Origin: Candidatus Falkowbacteria bacterium GW2011_GWF2_43_32
GTDB lineage: Bacteria; Patescibacteriota; Patescibacteriia; Patescibacteriales; UBA12465
DNA length: 64,000 bases
NCBI GenBank assembly: GCA_000999715.1
Contig: LCGL01000004.1
Location: 44,289-108,288 of the forward strand
Reading direction: 5' to 3'
The notes beneath the pieces are model-generated. The model was not told where the DNA came from. It ran no database searches and worked only from the letters and a program-made list of their open reading frames with translations. Shown here piece after piece: positions 31,441 to 41,761 of the stretch; positions within the stretch are counted from its first letter, which is position 1, and the number at the start of each line of letters is the position of its first letter. The position numbers were made by a program, and so were the translations under genes.

Positions 31441-32412
31441 ATGTCCGATAAAACTAAGATGATAAAAAATAAAACCGATATTCGGTCGAGTCGACCCCAG
31501 GTTTTGGTTATTTTGGGCACGACTTCGGCCGGCAAGACCGCTTGGGGCGTTCGTTTGGCCGCCGAGTTAAACGGCGAGATAATCAGCGCTGACAGTCGTC
31601 AAGTTTATCGCGGTCTGGATATCGGTACGGGTAAAGATTTGGCCGAATATCGGTTGGGTCGCAAAAAAATTCCTTATCATTTGATTGACGTGGTTTCTCC
31701 TCAAGTCAGATTTGATTTGGCGCAATATCAAAAATTGGCTTTTCGGGCCATCGCCGATGTTTTGCAACGGGGCAAGTTGCCGATCATCGTCGGCGGCAGC
31801 GGATTGTATTTGCAGGCGGTCGTGGACAATTATAATTTGACGTTAACGAATGATATCTCGCCTCAACGACGGCAGTGGGAGCAATTGACGGCCGAAGAAT
31901 TGTTTAAAAAAATTCGGCGATTAAAACCGGACTTTGCGGATCATTTGAACAATAGCGATAAAAATAACGCCCGACGTCTGGTTCGCTATTTGGAAATAAT
32001 TCAATCGGGAGATTTGAGCACGGTCGGTCGCGGCGAAGCGCTTTATGATTTTTTATTGCTTGGCCTGGATTGTCCGAATGATATTCTGCGCGAACGAATC
32101 GTTCAACGTCTGTTGGATCAATTGGAAAAAGAGGGATTGATTGCCGAGGTGAAGCGACTTAATGGTCAAGGCGTTTCTTGGGAGCGGTTAATTTCTTTCG
32201 GTTTGGAATACAAGTTTGTCAGTCGGCATTTATTGGGAGAACTGACTTATCAAGAGATGACGGAACAATTGGGCCGGGCCATTTATCAATTTGCCAAGCG
32301 CCAGAAGACTTGGTTTAGGCGTTGGGAAAGACGAGGGGCAAAAATCAATTGGCTTAAAGACCAAAAAACCGCCCGAAAGAAAATTGCGGCTTGGCTCAAA
32401 GAATCTACTTAG
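31441..32412 (+). CDS. miaA: tRNA dimethylallyltransferase MiaA
   Basis: P-loop GTTSAGKTA. Motif ISADSRQVYRGLDIGTGK. Confidence 0.85.
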   Translation: MSDKTKMIKNKTDIRSSRPQVLVILGTTSAGKTAWGVRLAAELNGEIISADSRQVYRGLDIGTGKDLAEYRLGRKKIPYHLIDVVSPQVRFDLAQYQKLAFRAIADVLQRGKLPIIVGGSGLYLQAVVDNYNLTLTNDISPQRRQWEQLTAEELFKKIRRLKPDFADHLNNSDKNNARRLVRYLEIIQSGDLSTVGRGEALYDFLLLGLDCPNDILRERIVQRLLDQLEKEGLIAEVKRLNGQGVSWERLISFGLEYKFVSRHLLGELTYQEMTEQLGRAIYQFAKRQKTWFRRWERRGAKINWLKDQKTARKKIAAWLKEST

Positions 32413-33931
32413 CGAGCATTTTTTCCAATAACTCTTTGACTATTTTGGGATTAGCTTTCCCCTTGGTTTCGGCCATGACTTTGCCCAGCAAGAATTGCAA
32501 GACGTTGGTCTTGCCTTTTTTATATTGAGCGACTTGTTGCGGATTATCATTGATGATATGTTGCACCGTTTTCTCCAGCTCCGCTTCGTTATCCATTTGT
32601 TCCAGCCCCAGGTCAATCATAATCTGGCTGGGGTCGCCGCCTTTGTCATACATCGTTTCCAAAATTGTTTGTCCGGCCGAAGAATTGATCTTATCTTGAT
32701 AAATCAAGCAGACCAATTCCGCAAAGTTTTCCGCGGTCATTTTTAAATCGGCGACTTTTTGTTTATGACTGTTTAAATGTTTGTACAGTTCGCCGGTAAT
32801 CCAATTGGCGGCCGTTTTGGCCAAGCGTCTTTCTTGACGGGCGGCCTGGTCGCCGTTAGCTTCAATCCAGGCATCCAGTTCGGACAGCACTTTTTCCGTC
32901 CAGGCGGCCAAAGCTTTGTCGCCGATGATAATATCCACGGTCTCCGGTTTGAGTTGATATTCTTGAATGAAGCGCCGTCTTTTGGCCGCCGGCAATTCCG
33001 GCAAGTCGGCGTGGAGACGATTCAACCAATCTTCCGTAATTTCCAAAGGCGGAATGTCCGGTTCGGGGAAGTAGCGATAATCGGCCGAGCTTTCCTTCAA
33101 GCGTTGGCTGACGGTGGCATTTTTATTTTCGTCCCAGCCGCGCGTTTCGGCCAGAATTTTTTCGCCTTTTTTCAGCCGGTCCGTTTGTCGGGCGATTTCA
33201 AAGTTAATCGCTTTTTCCACGGCGCGGAAAGAATTGATATTTTTCACTTCCACTTTCGGATTCAGCGGCCGTTTAACGCCCAATAACCATTTTTTCTTGG
33301 CCAGGATTTGTCCCTGCTTGTATTCCCAGCCGCCAGGCGTTTGCAGGCTGATGTTAGCTTCACAGCGCATTTCGCCTTTTTCCATGTCGGCATTGCTGAT
33401 TTCCAGATAACGCAGGATTTGCTGATAGGCGGTGCAGAACTTTTTGGCTTCGGCGGCGTCTTTGATGACCGGCTCGGTCACCAGTTCCATCAACGGCGTT
33501 CCGGCGCGATTGAAGTCCAGGAGAGTATAGTCTTGATCTTTGAAGTGGAGGGATTTGCCGGTATCTTCTTCCAGATGAATGCGAGTAATTTGAATTTCGC
33601 GCCCGTCAATGTCCAGGCGTCCGTTATAAGCGAGCGGCAAGTCATATTGGGAAATCTGATAACCTTTCGGCAGGTCGGGGTAAAAATAATTTTTACGATC
33701 AAATTTTGACAGGCGGTTTATCCGGCAATGTAGAGCCAGGCCGGTCAAAATCGTCCAGTCAATCGCTTGTTTGTTGGGAACGGGGAGAGTGCCGGGATGA
33801 CCCAGACAAACGGGGCAAACCGTGGTGTTCGGCGCTTTATTTTCGGCGTCGTTACTGCAGGAACAAAACATTTTGCTTTTTGTCTTCAGTTCGGCATGGA
33901 TTTCCAGGCCGATGATAACGTCGTAAGTCAT
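32405..33931 (-). CDS. gatB: Asp-tRNA(Asn)/Glu-tRNA(Gln) amidotransferase subunit B
   Basis: N-terminus YDVIIGLEIHAELKTKSKMFCSC. GatB/YqeY C-terminal domain. 508 aa. Confidence 0.9.
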   Translation of the reverse strand: MTYDVIIGLEIHAELKTKSKMFCSCSNDAENKAPNTTVCPVCLGHPGTLPVPNKQAIDWTILTGLALHCRINRLSKFDRKNYFYPDLPKGYQISQYDLPLAYNGRLDIDGREIQITRIHLEEDTGKSLHFKDQDYTLLDFNRAGTPLMELVTEPVIKDAAEAKKFCTAYQQILRYLEISNADMEKGEMRCEANISLQTPGGWEYKQGQILAKKKWLLGVKRPLNPKVEVKNINSFRAVEKAINFEIARQTDRLKKGEKILAETRGWDENKNATVSQRLKESSADYRYFPEPDIPPLEITEDWLNRLHADLPELPAAKRRRFIQEYQLKPETVDIIIGDKALAAWTEKVLSELDAWIEANGDQAARQERRLAKTAANWITGELYKHLNSHKQKVADLKMTAENFAELVCLIYQDKINSSAGQTILETMYDKGGDPSQIMIDLGLEQMDNEAELEKTVQHIINDNPQQVAQYKKGKTNVLQFLLGKVMAETKGKANPKIVKELLEKMLAK

Positions 33932-33947
33932 ATGGGTATGAAAAATT

Positions 33948-34637
33948 TTATTCGTTGATTACCGATTTCACTTCTTGATTGACCAACCGGCCGATTTCTT
34001 CCCGACTGAAGAGTTTTCCGTTCGGAGCGCAGTCTATCAATTTGAAATTTGCGTCATCGGCGGCGATTTCCCGGTATACTTGGGCGGCTTTTTGAAGATG
34101 AATCAGGTTGTCTTCATGGATGTCTTGAGTTTTGCCGGTCCAATCTTCGCGTTTTCTTTGTTTGGCCAGTTGTTGGGCAATTTCCGGTTGCAAATAGAGA
34201 ATAATCGATAAGTCGGGCTTGGGCAGACCGAAAATATTGTATTCCAAGTCGTTCAACCAGGCGAAAAATTTTTTTCTTTCCGTCGGTTCGTCTATTTTTC
34301 CGCCCTGGTGACCCATATTGGCGCTGGTATAGCGATTGGCCAGCACGATTTTTCCTTCGTTTAGCCAGGTGCGGATTTTAAAGCTGGCGTCGTAACGGTC
34401 CACCGCATAAAAAATTGAAGCCTTATAAGGACCGACCGTTTCGGCCGAGCCGTATTTTCCGGAGAGATATTCTTCCACCGCCCCGGCCGACTTGGTGTTA
34501 TATTGAGGAAAGTCCGCGACGGCGACCGGATAGCCGCGAGCCTCCAAATCCGCCTTCAGCAATTGAAGTTGAGTGGTTTTGCCCGAACCGTCGGTGCCGT
34601 CAATGACAATAAATTTTCCGGCTTTGTTTGAATTCAT
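33948..34637 (-). CDS. tmk: Thymidylate kinase
   Basis: P-loop FIVIDGTDGSGKTTQ. DRY-like motif. LID region. Confidence 0.85.
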   Translation of the reverse strand: MNSNKAGKFIVIDGTDGSGKTTQLQLLKADLEARGYPVAVADFPQYNTKSAGAVEEYLSGKYGSAETVGPYKASIFYAVDRYDASFKIRTWLNEGKIVLANRYTSANMGHQGGKIDEPTERKKFFAWLNDLEYNIFGLPKPDLSIILYLQPEIAQQLAKQRKREDWTGKTQDIHEDNLIHLQKAAQVYREIAADDANFKLIDCAPNGKLFSREEIGRLVNQEVKSVINE

Positions 34638-34673
34638 AATTATATTTATTGCAGTCGCTGTAATCAGCTCTAA

Positions 34674-35000
34674 TCAGCGATTATCGCCACTGCCGCCGAT
34701 TTTGCCGCGTTCCAGGCGCGATGATAATTTTTCCAAGTTTCCGGCGGCGACGTCTTCCAGGTTTATTTCCAGTTCGGTGGCGATTTGCGTCAAATACCAG
34801 AGCACATCGCCGAGTTCTTTGCTTAAATCTTGCCGATCTTGCTCATCGACTAGGCCGTTCTTGTCTCTGATAATTTTTTTTATTTTTTCCGCCACTTCGC
34901 CGGTCTCGCCGGCCAAGCCTAAAGTCGGATAAATATATAAAGGTTGCTGAGTGTATTTGGCGGTGCGCCGTGATTCCCGTTGATATTCGGAGAAAGTCAT
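34674..35000 (-). CDS. mazG: MazG-like nucleotide pyrophosphohydrolase
   Basis: 108 aa. EExxE-type motif LAGETGEVAEK ... ELGDVLWYL. Confidence 0.7.
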   Translation of the reverse strand: MTFSEYQRESRRTAKYTQQPLYIYPTLGLAGETGEVAEKIKKIIRDKNGLVDEQDRQDLSKELGDVLWYLTQIATELEINLEDVAAGNLEKLSSRLERGKIGGSGDNR

Positions 35001-35017
35001 ATATTTGAAAATGTTGA

Positions 35018-35575
35018 TTATTTTTTAATTTTTTTTAAGATGGTATCTATTTGAACATACAATTCCGGCAGAGAACTGTCGTTATTCAAGCGGTATTCCG
35101 CCGCGGCCATTACCGTCGGGATTTCCAATTCCGCTTCTTTTTGGTCGTCAGCCAAAAATTGTTCAAAAGTTTTTTCCGCGTCGCCGATATTTTCATTTCG
35201 TTTGACCATGCGTTCGTAACGAATTTCGGCGGCGGCCTCCAGGGCGATGACGTGAAAATCAGAAAATTTTTCGGACAAACTTTTAATATCATCCAGTCGC
35301 CTGATGCCGTCAACGATGATGATTTGATGCTCGTCTCTGGCAATATCTTCAATAATTACTTGGGCCAACAAATCGCCGCCAAAGCGCGTGCGCAAGTCCA
35401 GGGACAGATTTTGCATATTTTCGCGATTGATCGGCAGATACAGGCGGTTCAAGATATCGCGTAGAGCGGTGGAATAGCGATGACTGTTCGCGCCGTGTTT
35501 TTCCATGATATATTTTTTGCAAACGTCTTTGCCGCTGGCGATATGACCGACGAAACCGAGGATTATTTTGGGCAT
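35018..35575 (-). CDS. P-loop nucleoside/nucleotide kinase (putative dNMP kinase)
   Basis: Walker A GFVGHIASGKD. Small size (185 aa). Context within the dTMP block. Substrate not determinable. Confidence 0.45.
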   Translation of the reverse strand: MPKIILGFVGHIASGKDVCKKYIMEKHGANSHRYSTALRDILNRLYLPINRENMQNLSLDLRTRFGGDLLAQVIIEDIARDEHQIIIVDGIRRLDDIKSLSEKFSDFHVIALEAAAEIRYERMVKRNENIGDAEKTFEQFLADDQKEAELEIPTVMAAAEYRLNNDSSLPELYVQIDTILKKIKK

Positions 35576-35576
35576 A

Positions 35577-36080
35577 TTAAGAAAGCACCTGATAGTGGAG
35601 CATTAAAGTATTATCGTTTAATTTTTTAACTTCCAATAGTTTTAAATTCGCCTCCAAATCTTTATTAAACAGAGATAAGCCGGCGCCGAAAATTTTTGGT
35701 TCTACGGTCAAAATGATTTCAGAAATTAGCTTTTTTTCCAGAAACAGCGAGTTTAGGGCCGCCCCGCCGCCCAAGAGAGCGGACGTATGGCCCATTTTTT
35801 CCAGTTCCGCCAAGACATCGGCCGGTTCGCCTTTGACCCATTTGACGCCGGTGATTGGTGGCGGGTTGTCTGCGCGTGAAAAAACTACGTTTAAACGTCC
35901 CGGCAAAGGAGCGGGAAAGGTTTTGAACGTGTTTTCGCCCATCATGATTACGCCGTGTTGTTTGGAAATCTCCACAAAAAATTTTTTGTCTTCGCGGCTA
36001 GTCCAATCGGCGAGCTGACTTTTGTCTTTGGCGATTTTGCCGTCGACGGTTATGGCCATCATCATTGTTACGGGAATCAT
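35577..36080 (-). CDS. Dihydrofolate reductase family protein (FolA/RibD-C-like)
   Basis: N-terminal MAITVDGKIA...PLPGRLNVVFSR pattern of the DHFR fold. Adjacent to thyA. Confidence 0.55.
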   Translation of the reverse strand: MIPVTMMMAITVDGKIAKDKSQLADWTSREDKKFFVEISKQHGVIMMGENTFKTFPAPLPGRLNVVFSRADNPPPITGVKWVKGEPADVLAELEKMGHTSALLGGGAALNSLFLEKKLISEIILTVEPKIFGAGLSLFNKDLEANLKLLEVKKLNDNTLMLHYQVLS

Positions 36081-36117
36081 ATTGTCCGGCCGATAGTGGT
36101 AATCGGCGATTAGTTAA

Positions 36118-36933
36118 TTAAATGGCGATGGGAGCTTTAATTCCCGGTTCCGGATCGTACCCTTCCAAAGTGAAATCTTCGTACTTGAAACTGAAAATAT
36201 CGTCGACTGTCGGGTTGATAATCATTTTGGGCAAAGTCTTCGGTGTGCGCGTTAATTGCAATTTCACTTGCTCCAAATGATTGTTGTAAATATGCAAATC
36301 GCCAAAGGTATGGACGAATTCGCCGAGCTGTAAATTGCTGACTTGCGCCATCATCATCGTGAGTAGGGCATAAGAGGCGATATTGAACGGCACACCCAAA
36401 AAAATATCGGCACTGCGTTGATATAATTGGCAGGATAATTTGTTGTCGTGAGAAACATAAAATTGAAAAATCGTATGACAAGGCGGTGGCGCGGTTTTTT
36501 TCCCGCCGATCAAAGCGCGCAAGTCGCCGACATTCCAGCCGCTGACGATAATTCTGCGGGAAGACGGATTTTTCTTAATCATTTCTACGGCTTCGGCGAT
36601 TTGATTGATTTTTGTGCCGTCCGGGGCCTCCCAGCCTGTCCATTGTTTGCCGTAAATCGGTCCGAGATCGCCGTTTGCGTCGGCCCATTCATCCCAAATG
36701 GTTACGCCGTTGTCGTTGAGATATTTAATGTTGGTGTCGCCTTTTAAGAACCAGAGCAATTCATGGATGATGGCTTTTAAGTACAATTTTTTTGTAGTCA
36801 ACAATGGAAAACCGTCGTTTAAATCGTAACGCGCTTGTCGCCCGAAAACACTGATTGTCCCCGTGCCGGTACGATCGTCTTTGCCTTGGCCGTTTTCCAA
36901 GACATCGCGTAGTAAATTAAGATATTGTTTCAT
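36118..36933 (-). CDS. thyA: Thymidylate synthase ThyA
   Basis: [15 protein letters not shown]...RTGTGT...; catalytic Cys in PPCH; 271 aa. Confidence 0.9.
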   Translation of the reverse strand: MKQYLNLLRDVLENGQGKDDRTGTGTISVFGRQARYDLNDGFPLLTTKKLYLKAIIHELLWFLKGDTNIKYLNDNGVTIWDEWADANGDLGPIYGKQWTGWEAPDGTKINQIAEAVEMIKKNPSSRRIIVSGWNVGDLRALIGGKKTAPPPCHTIFQFYVSHDNKLSCQLYQRSADIFLGVPFNIASYALLTMMMAQVSNLQLGEFVHTFGDLHIYNNHLEQVKLQLTRTPKTLPKMIINPTVDDIFSFKYEDFTLEGYDPEPGIKAPIAI

Positions 36934-36975
36934 AAAAGCAGCGTAAAATTTATGAAATTAGTTAATCGATGTGGA

Positions 36976-37485
36976 TTATTGATCTTCATATTCGGTCATT
37001 TCTTCATTGGCCAAAGTATAGGCCACGCCCGCTTCTTGAAAGATTTCTTTGCTTCTCTGACCGGCGTGATAATCTTGAGCGCAGACCACCCGTTTGATGC
37101 CGGCATTGATAATCATTTTGGCGCAAGTATAGCAAGGTGTCATTTTGCAGTATAAAGTTCCGCCTTCAAGGGCAATGCCCATTCGAGCCGCTTCGCAAAT
37201 GGCATTTTGTTCGGCATGAGTGGTGCGAATGCAATGGCGGGAAGTCGTGCCGTCGTCGTTAACGACGGTATGCATCTCGTGGCCGACTTCATCGCAATGC
37301 GGCAGTCCGACCGGAGAGCCGGCATAGCCGGTGGCGACGATGCGACGGTCGCGGGTAATGACGCAACCGGCGCGACCGCGGTCGCAAGAGCCGCGGCTAC
37401 CGACCATATCCACTATTTTTAAGAAATACTCGTCCCAAGAAGGGCGTTTATAAATTTCTTTTTCTTGATCTTTTTTTTCACTCAT
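36976..37485 (-). CDS. dCMP deaminase (ComEB/Dcd-type cytidine/deoxycytidylate deaminase)
   Basis: Zinc motifs HAEQNAI and PCYTCAKMI. Confidence 0.85.
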   Translation of the reverse strand: MSEKKDQEKEIYKRPSWDEYFLKIVDMVGSRGSCDRGRAGCVITRDRRIVATGYAGSPVGLPHCDEVGHEMHTVVNDDGTTSRHCIRTTHAEQNAICEAARMGIALEGGTLYCKMTPCYTCAKMIINAGIKRVVCAQDYHAGQRSKEIFQEAGVAYTLANEEMTEYEDQ

Positions 37486-37671
37486 AAAATTAAATCAGTC
37501 GTCTAAACGAGTCGATGTTAATAAATTTAATCCATCTATATTCTAACCTATTATTTCAATAAAATAAATCTTGACAGATGTGATTTTATGTCCTGTTTGG
37601 GCTTTTAAAAAGTCCGAAAAGAGGTTAAACTATAAGCAGGGTTTAGTCAGGGCTCTTTATTACAGATCATT

Positions 37672-37941
37672 ATGATATTGGATAAATATATTGAAGATTT
37701 AGCTAATAATAAAGAAATTTATTTAAGAGTCAGAGTCTCTCCCGGGGCCGGTCGGACGGATTTTTTGGAACTTATGACTGACGGGACCATCAAAATCGCC
37801 CTGAATGCTCAGCCGGAGAAAGGCAAAGCCAATCAAGAGCTGATTAAATTCTTGGCGCTTGAGATGGGCGTGAGAAAATATCAAGTGAAAATCATCAGCG
37901 GTGCCGGAGAAAGGCTGAAATTAGTCAAGGTCAGTCGTTGA
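37672..37941 (+). CDS. DUF167/YggU-family protein
   Basis: 89 aa, LRVRVSPGAGRT...IKIALNAQPEKGKANQELIKFLA pattern of UPF0235. Confidence 0.65.
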   Translation: MILDKYIEDLANNKEIYLRVRVSPGAGRTDFLELMTDGTIKIALNAQPEKGKANQELIKFLALEMGVRKYQVKIISGAGERLKLVKVSR

Positions 37942-37984
37942 TTAAACCGAGCGTTCGGTGCCGACCCTTAATTTTTGGTCAAGT

Positions 37985-38821
37985 ATGGATTTATCAATTA
38001 TTATCGTTTCTTGGAACGTTAAAGATCGTCTTCGAGAAAATTTGACTGCCTTGTTGCAATCTCAAGGCGATTTTAAATTTGAAATATTCGTGGCGGATAA
38101 TAATTCCGGCGACGGCAGTGCGGTTATGGTGCGTGAAGAATTTCCGTCTGTTCGCTTGCTCGCCAATTCGGATAATCTCGGTTTTGCTCGGGCAAATAAT
38201 CAAGCGATTAAAGAGGCGACCGGCAAATTTGTTTTGCTTCTTAATCCCGATATGCGTGTCTGGCCCGATACTTTAAAAAATATTCTCGATTGGGCAAAAA
38301 ATAATCCGACGGCAACCGTTATCGGTTGTCGGTTAATTGACGGACATGGCCGAATTGTCAGACAAGCGCGTCGTTTTCCGAAATTTTTTGATCAATTGAT
38401 GATTGCCGTGAAAATTCCGCATTTGTTTCCCGGCATAGTCGATAAATATTTGGGGGCGGATTTTGATTATAACCATGACGCCAAGGTTGATTCCGTTCGC
38501 GGGGCCTTTTTTTTGATCAATGGCGAGAATTATAAAAAAATCAGCGGTCGGGAACGGCCGTTTTTGGATGAACGATATTTTGTTTGGTTTGAAGAGGTGG
38601 ATTTTTGCCGACAAGTTTATCAGTCGGGCGGAGAAGTTTGGTATACGCCGGCGGCGGAATGTTTGGATTATGTCGGACAAAGTTTCAGTCAGATAAAACG
38701 CGGACAGGCCCAAAAATACTTTAGCGACTCGATGTTAAAATATTTTAAAAAATGGGAAAAAAAATGGCAATACTTGATTTTAAAAATCGTTTGGAAAATA
38801 ATCGGAGTTTTTATAAAATAA
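37985..38821 (+). CDS. Family 2 glycosyltransferase
   Basis: MDLSIIIVSWN...VADNNSGDGS (GT2 DxD-type N-domain). The track ORF uses an upstream GTG at 37958. Confidence 0.75.
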   Translation: MDLSIIIVSWNVKDRLRENLTALLQSQGDFKFEIFVADNNSGDGSAVMVREEFPSVRLLANSDNLGFARANNQAIKEATGKFVLLLNPDMRVWPDTLKNILDWAKNNPTATVIGCRLIDGHGRIVRQARRFPKFFDQLMIAVKIPHLFPGIVDKYLGADFDYNHDAKVDSVRGAFFLINGENYKKISGRERPFLDERYFVWFEEVDFCRQVYQSGGEVWYTPAAECLDYVGQSFSQIKRGQAQKYFSDSMLKYFKKWEKKWQYLILKIVWKIIGVFIK

Positions 38822-38839
38822 ACATCAATAAAAGATAAC

Positions 38840-39907
38840 ATGAATAAATCGGTCGGTATAATTTTGGTCAATTATAAAGATTACGCCACTCGTTTTTTGA
38901 AAGGGTGCCGCGATTCTTTGCGCGCTCAGGATTATCCGGCGGATTTGGTGCATGTTTATATCATTGATAACGCCTCCACTCCGGAATCGGCCGTTTATTT
39001 GAAAGAAAACTATCCCGAGGCGAGGATTATGCCGCGTGTCGACGGTAATTATTGCGCCGCCAACAATTTCGGTTGCCGACAGGCGATGGCGGACGCTTGT
39101 GAATATTTGGTCAGCGTCAACCTGGATACGGAGATGGCGCCGTCATGGTTGTCGGAATTGGTTAAAGCTTTGGAGGAAAATTCCGCGGCCGGCATCGCTC
39201 AGTCCAAAATTCTGCTTTATCCCAAGAGCGAAACGGAAAAAAATAATCCGCGCATCAACAGCTTGGGAAACGTTTTTCATTTTTTGGGTTTTGGTTTTAC
39301 TTCCGGCTACGGGCAAGCGAATCGGGAGATAGCCGGTTATCCGGAAATAAACGGTTATGCCAGCGGTTGTTCTTTAATGATCAGGGCGGACGTCTTTCGA
39401 CGAATCGGAGGCTATAATGAAGAATTTTACATGTATCATGACGATATTGAACTGAGTTTAAAAACAAAATTGGCCGGTTATAAAATCATTTTGGCTCCGC
39501 AATCGGTTATTTACCATAAATATGAGTTTTCTCGCAGTGTCCGGATGTTTTATTATATGGAGAGAAATCGTTATCTGACTTTGTTTATTTTTTATCCGAC
39601 TTATTTTTTATTTTTAATCGGTCTGCCGCTCATATTCATGGATCTCGGTATGTTTTTCTTTTCGCTTGTCGGCGGCCGGTTTAAAGAAGAACTGAAAATT
39701 TACGGATATTTTTGCCATTATAAAAATTATGTTAAAATTAAAGAAGAGCGGCAAAAGATAAAAGCTTTCTCGGTCGTATCGTTTGCCGACATCGCCCGTA
39801 GTTTTGCCGGTCGGATTGAGTTTCAGGAGATTGACAATCCGATTTTGAAATATCTGGTTAACCCCTTGTTGGCCGGGTATTGGCGTTTGGTTAAATTATT
39901 TTTTTGA
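38840..39907 (+). CDS. Family 2 glycosyltransferase with C-terminal TM segments
   Basis: VGIILVNYKD...YIIDNASTPES GT2 N-domain. C-terminal hydrophobic helices. Confidence 0.75.
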   Translation: MNKSVGIILVNYKDYATRFLKGCRDSLRAQDYPADLVHVYIIDNASTPESAVYLKENYPEARIMPRVDGNYCAANNFGCRQAMADACEYLVSVNLDTEMAPSWLSELVKALEENSAAGIAQSKILLYPKSETEKNNPRINSLGNVFHFLGFGFTSGYGQANREIAGYPEINGYASGCSLMIRADVFRRIGGYNEEFYMYHDDIELSLKTKLAGYKIILAPQSVIYHKYEFSRSVRMFYYMERNRYLTLFIFYPTYFLFLIGLPLIFMDLGMFFFSLVGGRFKEELKIYGYFCHYKNYVKIKEERQKIKAFSVVSFADIARSFAGRIEFQEIDNPILKYLVNPLLAGYWRLVKLFF

Positions 39908-39963
39908 CGTCGTGTCGGCCGAAAATTCTTTTTGAATTGCTTGGCCGGCAAATTACAGTTAAT

Positions 39964-40779
39964 ATGGATTTATCGATTATCATCGTCAATTATAAAAGCA
40001 AATCGAAGCTCGTCAATTGTTTGACATCTATTTTTCGGGCGCGTTCGGCCGGTTTCAATCAAGAAGTGATTGTTGTGGATAACGCTTCCGGTGACGATTT
40101 GGGCGATTTGAGCGAACGTTTTCCGTCGGTTAAATTTATTTTCAGTCCGCGGAATTTGGGCATGGGTGGAGGCAATAATTTGGGCATTAAAAATTCCACC
40201 GGCGAATTCATTTTGATACTTAATCCGGATACGATTATTCTGGACGAAGCGATTGCCGTTTTATTTGATTATTTGAAAGGTCATCCCGCGGTCGGCATGA
40301 TCGGTCCGAAGTTGGTATATCCCGATCGTTCTTTGCAGTTTTCTTGTTCTCGTTTTCCGCAATTTTTTACGCCGATTTTGCGCCGGACTTTTTTGGGTGA
40401 TTATTTCAAAGCCAGTCGCGACAGATTTACCATGAACGATTTTGACCATAATTCTTTGAAGGAGGTTGATTGGCTGATGGGTTCTTGTCTGCTATTTCGC
40501 AGTAAAACCGTTAACGCCGCCGGTGAAATTTTTATGCCCCGATTTGACGAACGTTATTTCATGTATTTTGAAGATACCGATTTGGGCCGTCAGATGAGAG
40601 CCGCCGGCTTGAAAACAATTTATAATCCTGAAGCGACAGTGGTTCACGATCATGCTCGCGAGAGCGCCAGATATCCTTGGTATTGGGCATTGTTGCGGGA
40701 TAAACTGGCTTGGCGGCATATCGCTTCCTGGCTTAAATATTTTTTGAAGTGGGGCTTGAAAGTTGAGAATCGCGAATAA
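39964..40779 (+). CDS. Family 2 glycosyltransferase
   Basis: MDLSIIIVNYKS...VVDNASGDD. A paralogue of the 37985 gene. Start at the internal Met. Confidence 0.75.
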   Translation: MDLSIIIVNYKSKSKLVNCLTSIFRARSAGFNQEVIVVDNASGDDLGDLSERFPSVKFIFSPRNLGMGGGNNLGIKNSTGEFILILNPDTIILDEAIAVLFDYLKGHPAVGMIGPKLVYPDRSLQFSCSRFPQFFTPILRRTFLGDYFKASRDRFTMNDFDHNSLKEVDWLMGSCLLFRSKTVNAAGEIFMPRFDERYFMYFEDTDLGRQMRAAGLKTIYNPEATVVHDHARESARYPWYWALLRDKLAWRHIASWLKYFLKWGLKVENRE

Positions 40780-40818
40780 AATGTTTAAGGTTTTGATTAA
40801 TATAATTCGATTAATTTT

Positions 40819-41691
40819 ATGAAAAAAATTAAAAAAGCGATTTTTCCGGTGGCGGGATTCGGTACGCGATTTTTGCCGGCGACCAAAGCTCAGCCCAAGG
40901 AAATGTTGCCGGTATTGGATAAACCGATCATCCAATATTTGGCGGAAGGGGCCGTGGCCGCCGGCATCGAAGAAATCATTTTCGTTACCGGACGCGGCAA
41001 GCGGGCGATTGAAGATCATTTTGATTACTCTTTCGAATTGGAAAAAAATTTGGTGGAGAAGAATAAGTTGGAATTGTTGAAGAAGGTCAGATCAATTGAG
41101 GGCTTGGCCAAAGTAACTTATGTTCGCCAACCGATTCCTCTCGGTGACGGTCATGCGCTTAATTGCGCGGCGCATTTGATCAGCGAAGACGAGGCGGTTT
41201 TGGTGTGGTTCGGCGATACGCTGTATGCCGATTGCGCCGCCGCCGCCAAACAGGTTATCGGAGTTTACGAAAAATACGGCGATACGGTGATCGGTTTATC
41301 CGAAGCGGCCGACGAGGATTTGAGCAAATTCGGTGTTATGGGCGGAGTTGATTTGGGCCAGGGTGTTTATGAAATCAGAGAATTTGTGGAGAAGCCGCCC
41401 TTGGGCACCGCGCCCTCTAATCTGGTGCAGGTTGGCCTTAACGTTATCGCTCCCGATGTCATCAAAACTTTAAAAGGCATGAAATCCGGAAAATCCGGAG
41501 AAATTCGTTTGGCGGACGCTTATAGCGAATTATTGGAACAAGGTCATTTGCTTTATGGTCGCAAGATAGACGGCGAATGGTTGGATACCGGAAACAAATT
41601 CGGTTTTCTCAAAGCCAATTTGAAATTCGGTTTGAAAGACAAAGAAATTAGCGCCGATCTTCAAAAATTAATCAACGAGTTGAGCAAATAA
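40819..41691 (+). CDS. galU: UTP-glucose-1-phosphate uridylyltransferase
   Basis: AIFPVAGFGTRFLPATKAQPKEMLPVLDKP signature. Confidence 0.85.
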   Translation: MKKIKKAIFPVAGFGTRFLPATKAQPKEMLPVLDKPIIQYLAEGAVAAGIEEIIFVTGRGKRAIEDHFDYSFELEKNLVEKNKLELLKKVRSIEGLAKVTYVRQPIPLGDGHALNCAAHLISEDEAVLVWFGDTLYADCAAAAKQVIGVYEKYGDTVIGLSEAADEDLSKFGVMGGVDLGQGVYEIREFVEKPPLGTAPSNLVQVGLNVIAPDVIKTLKGMKSGKSGEIRLADAYSELLEQGHLLYGRKIDGEWLDTGNKFGFLKANLKFGLKDKEISADLQKLINELSK

Positions 41692-41761
41692 GATATTTGA
41701 TTGATAATTTTCGAAAATAAAAACACCCGTGAATTGCTCGCGGGTGTTTTTTTATGTTTTG

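Noticed and set aside
37560-37610. Near-palindrome GGGCTTTTTAAAAAGTCC upstream of the dCMP-deaminase operon as a regulator site
   Set aside because: It has a single mismatch and is dominated by an A/T run, so it may be a chance symmetry. Without other copies it is too weak to call.
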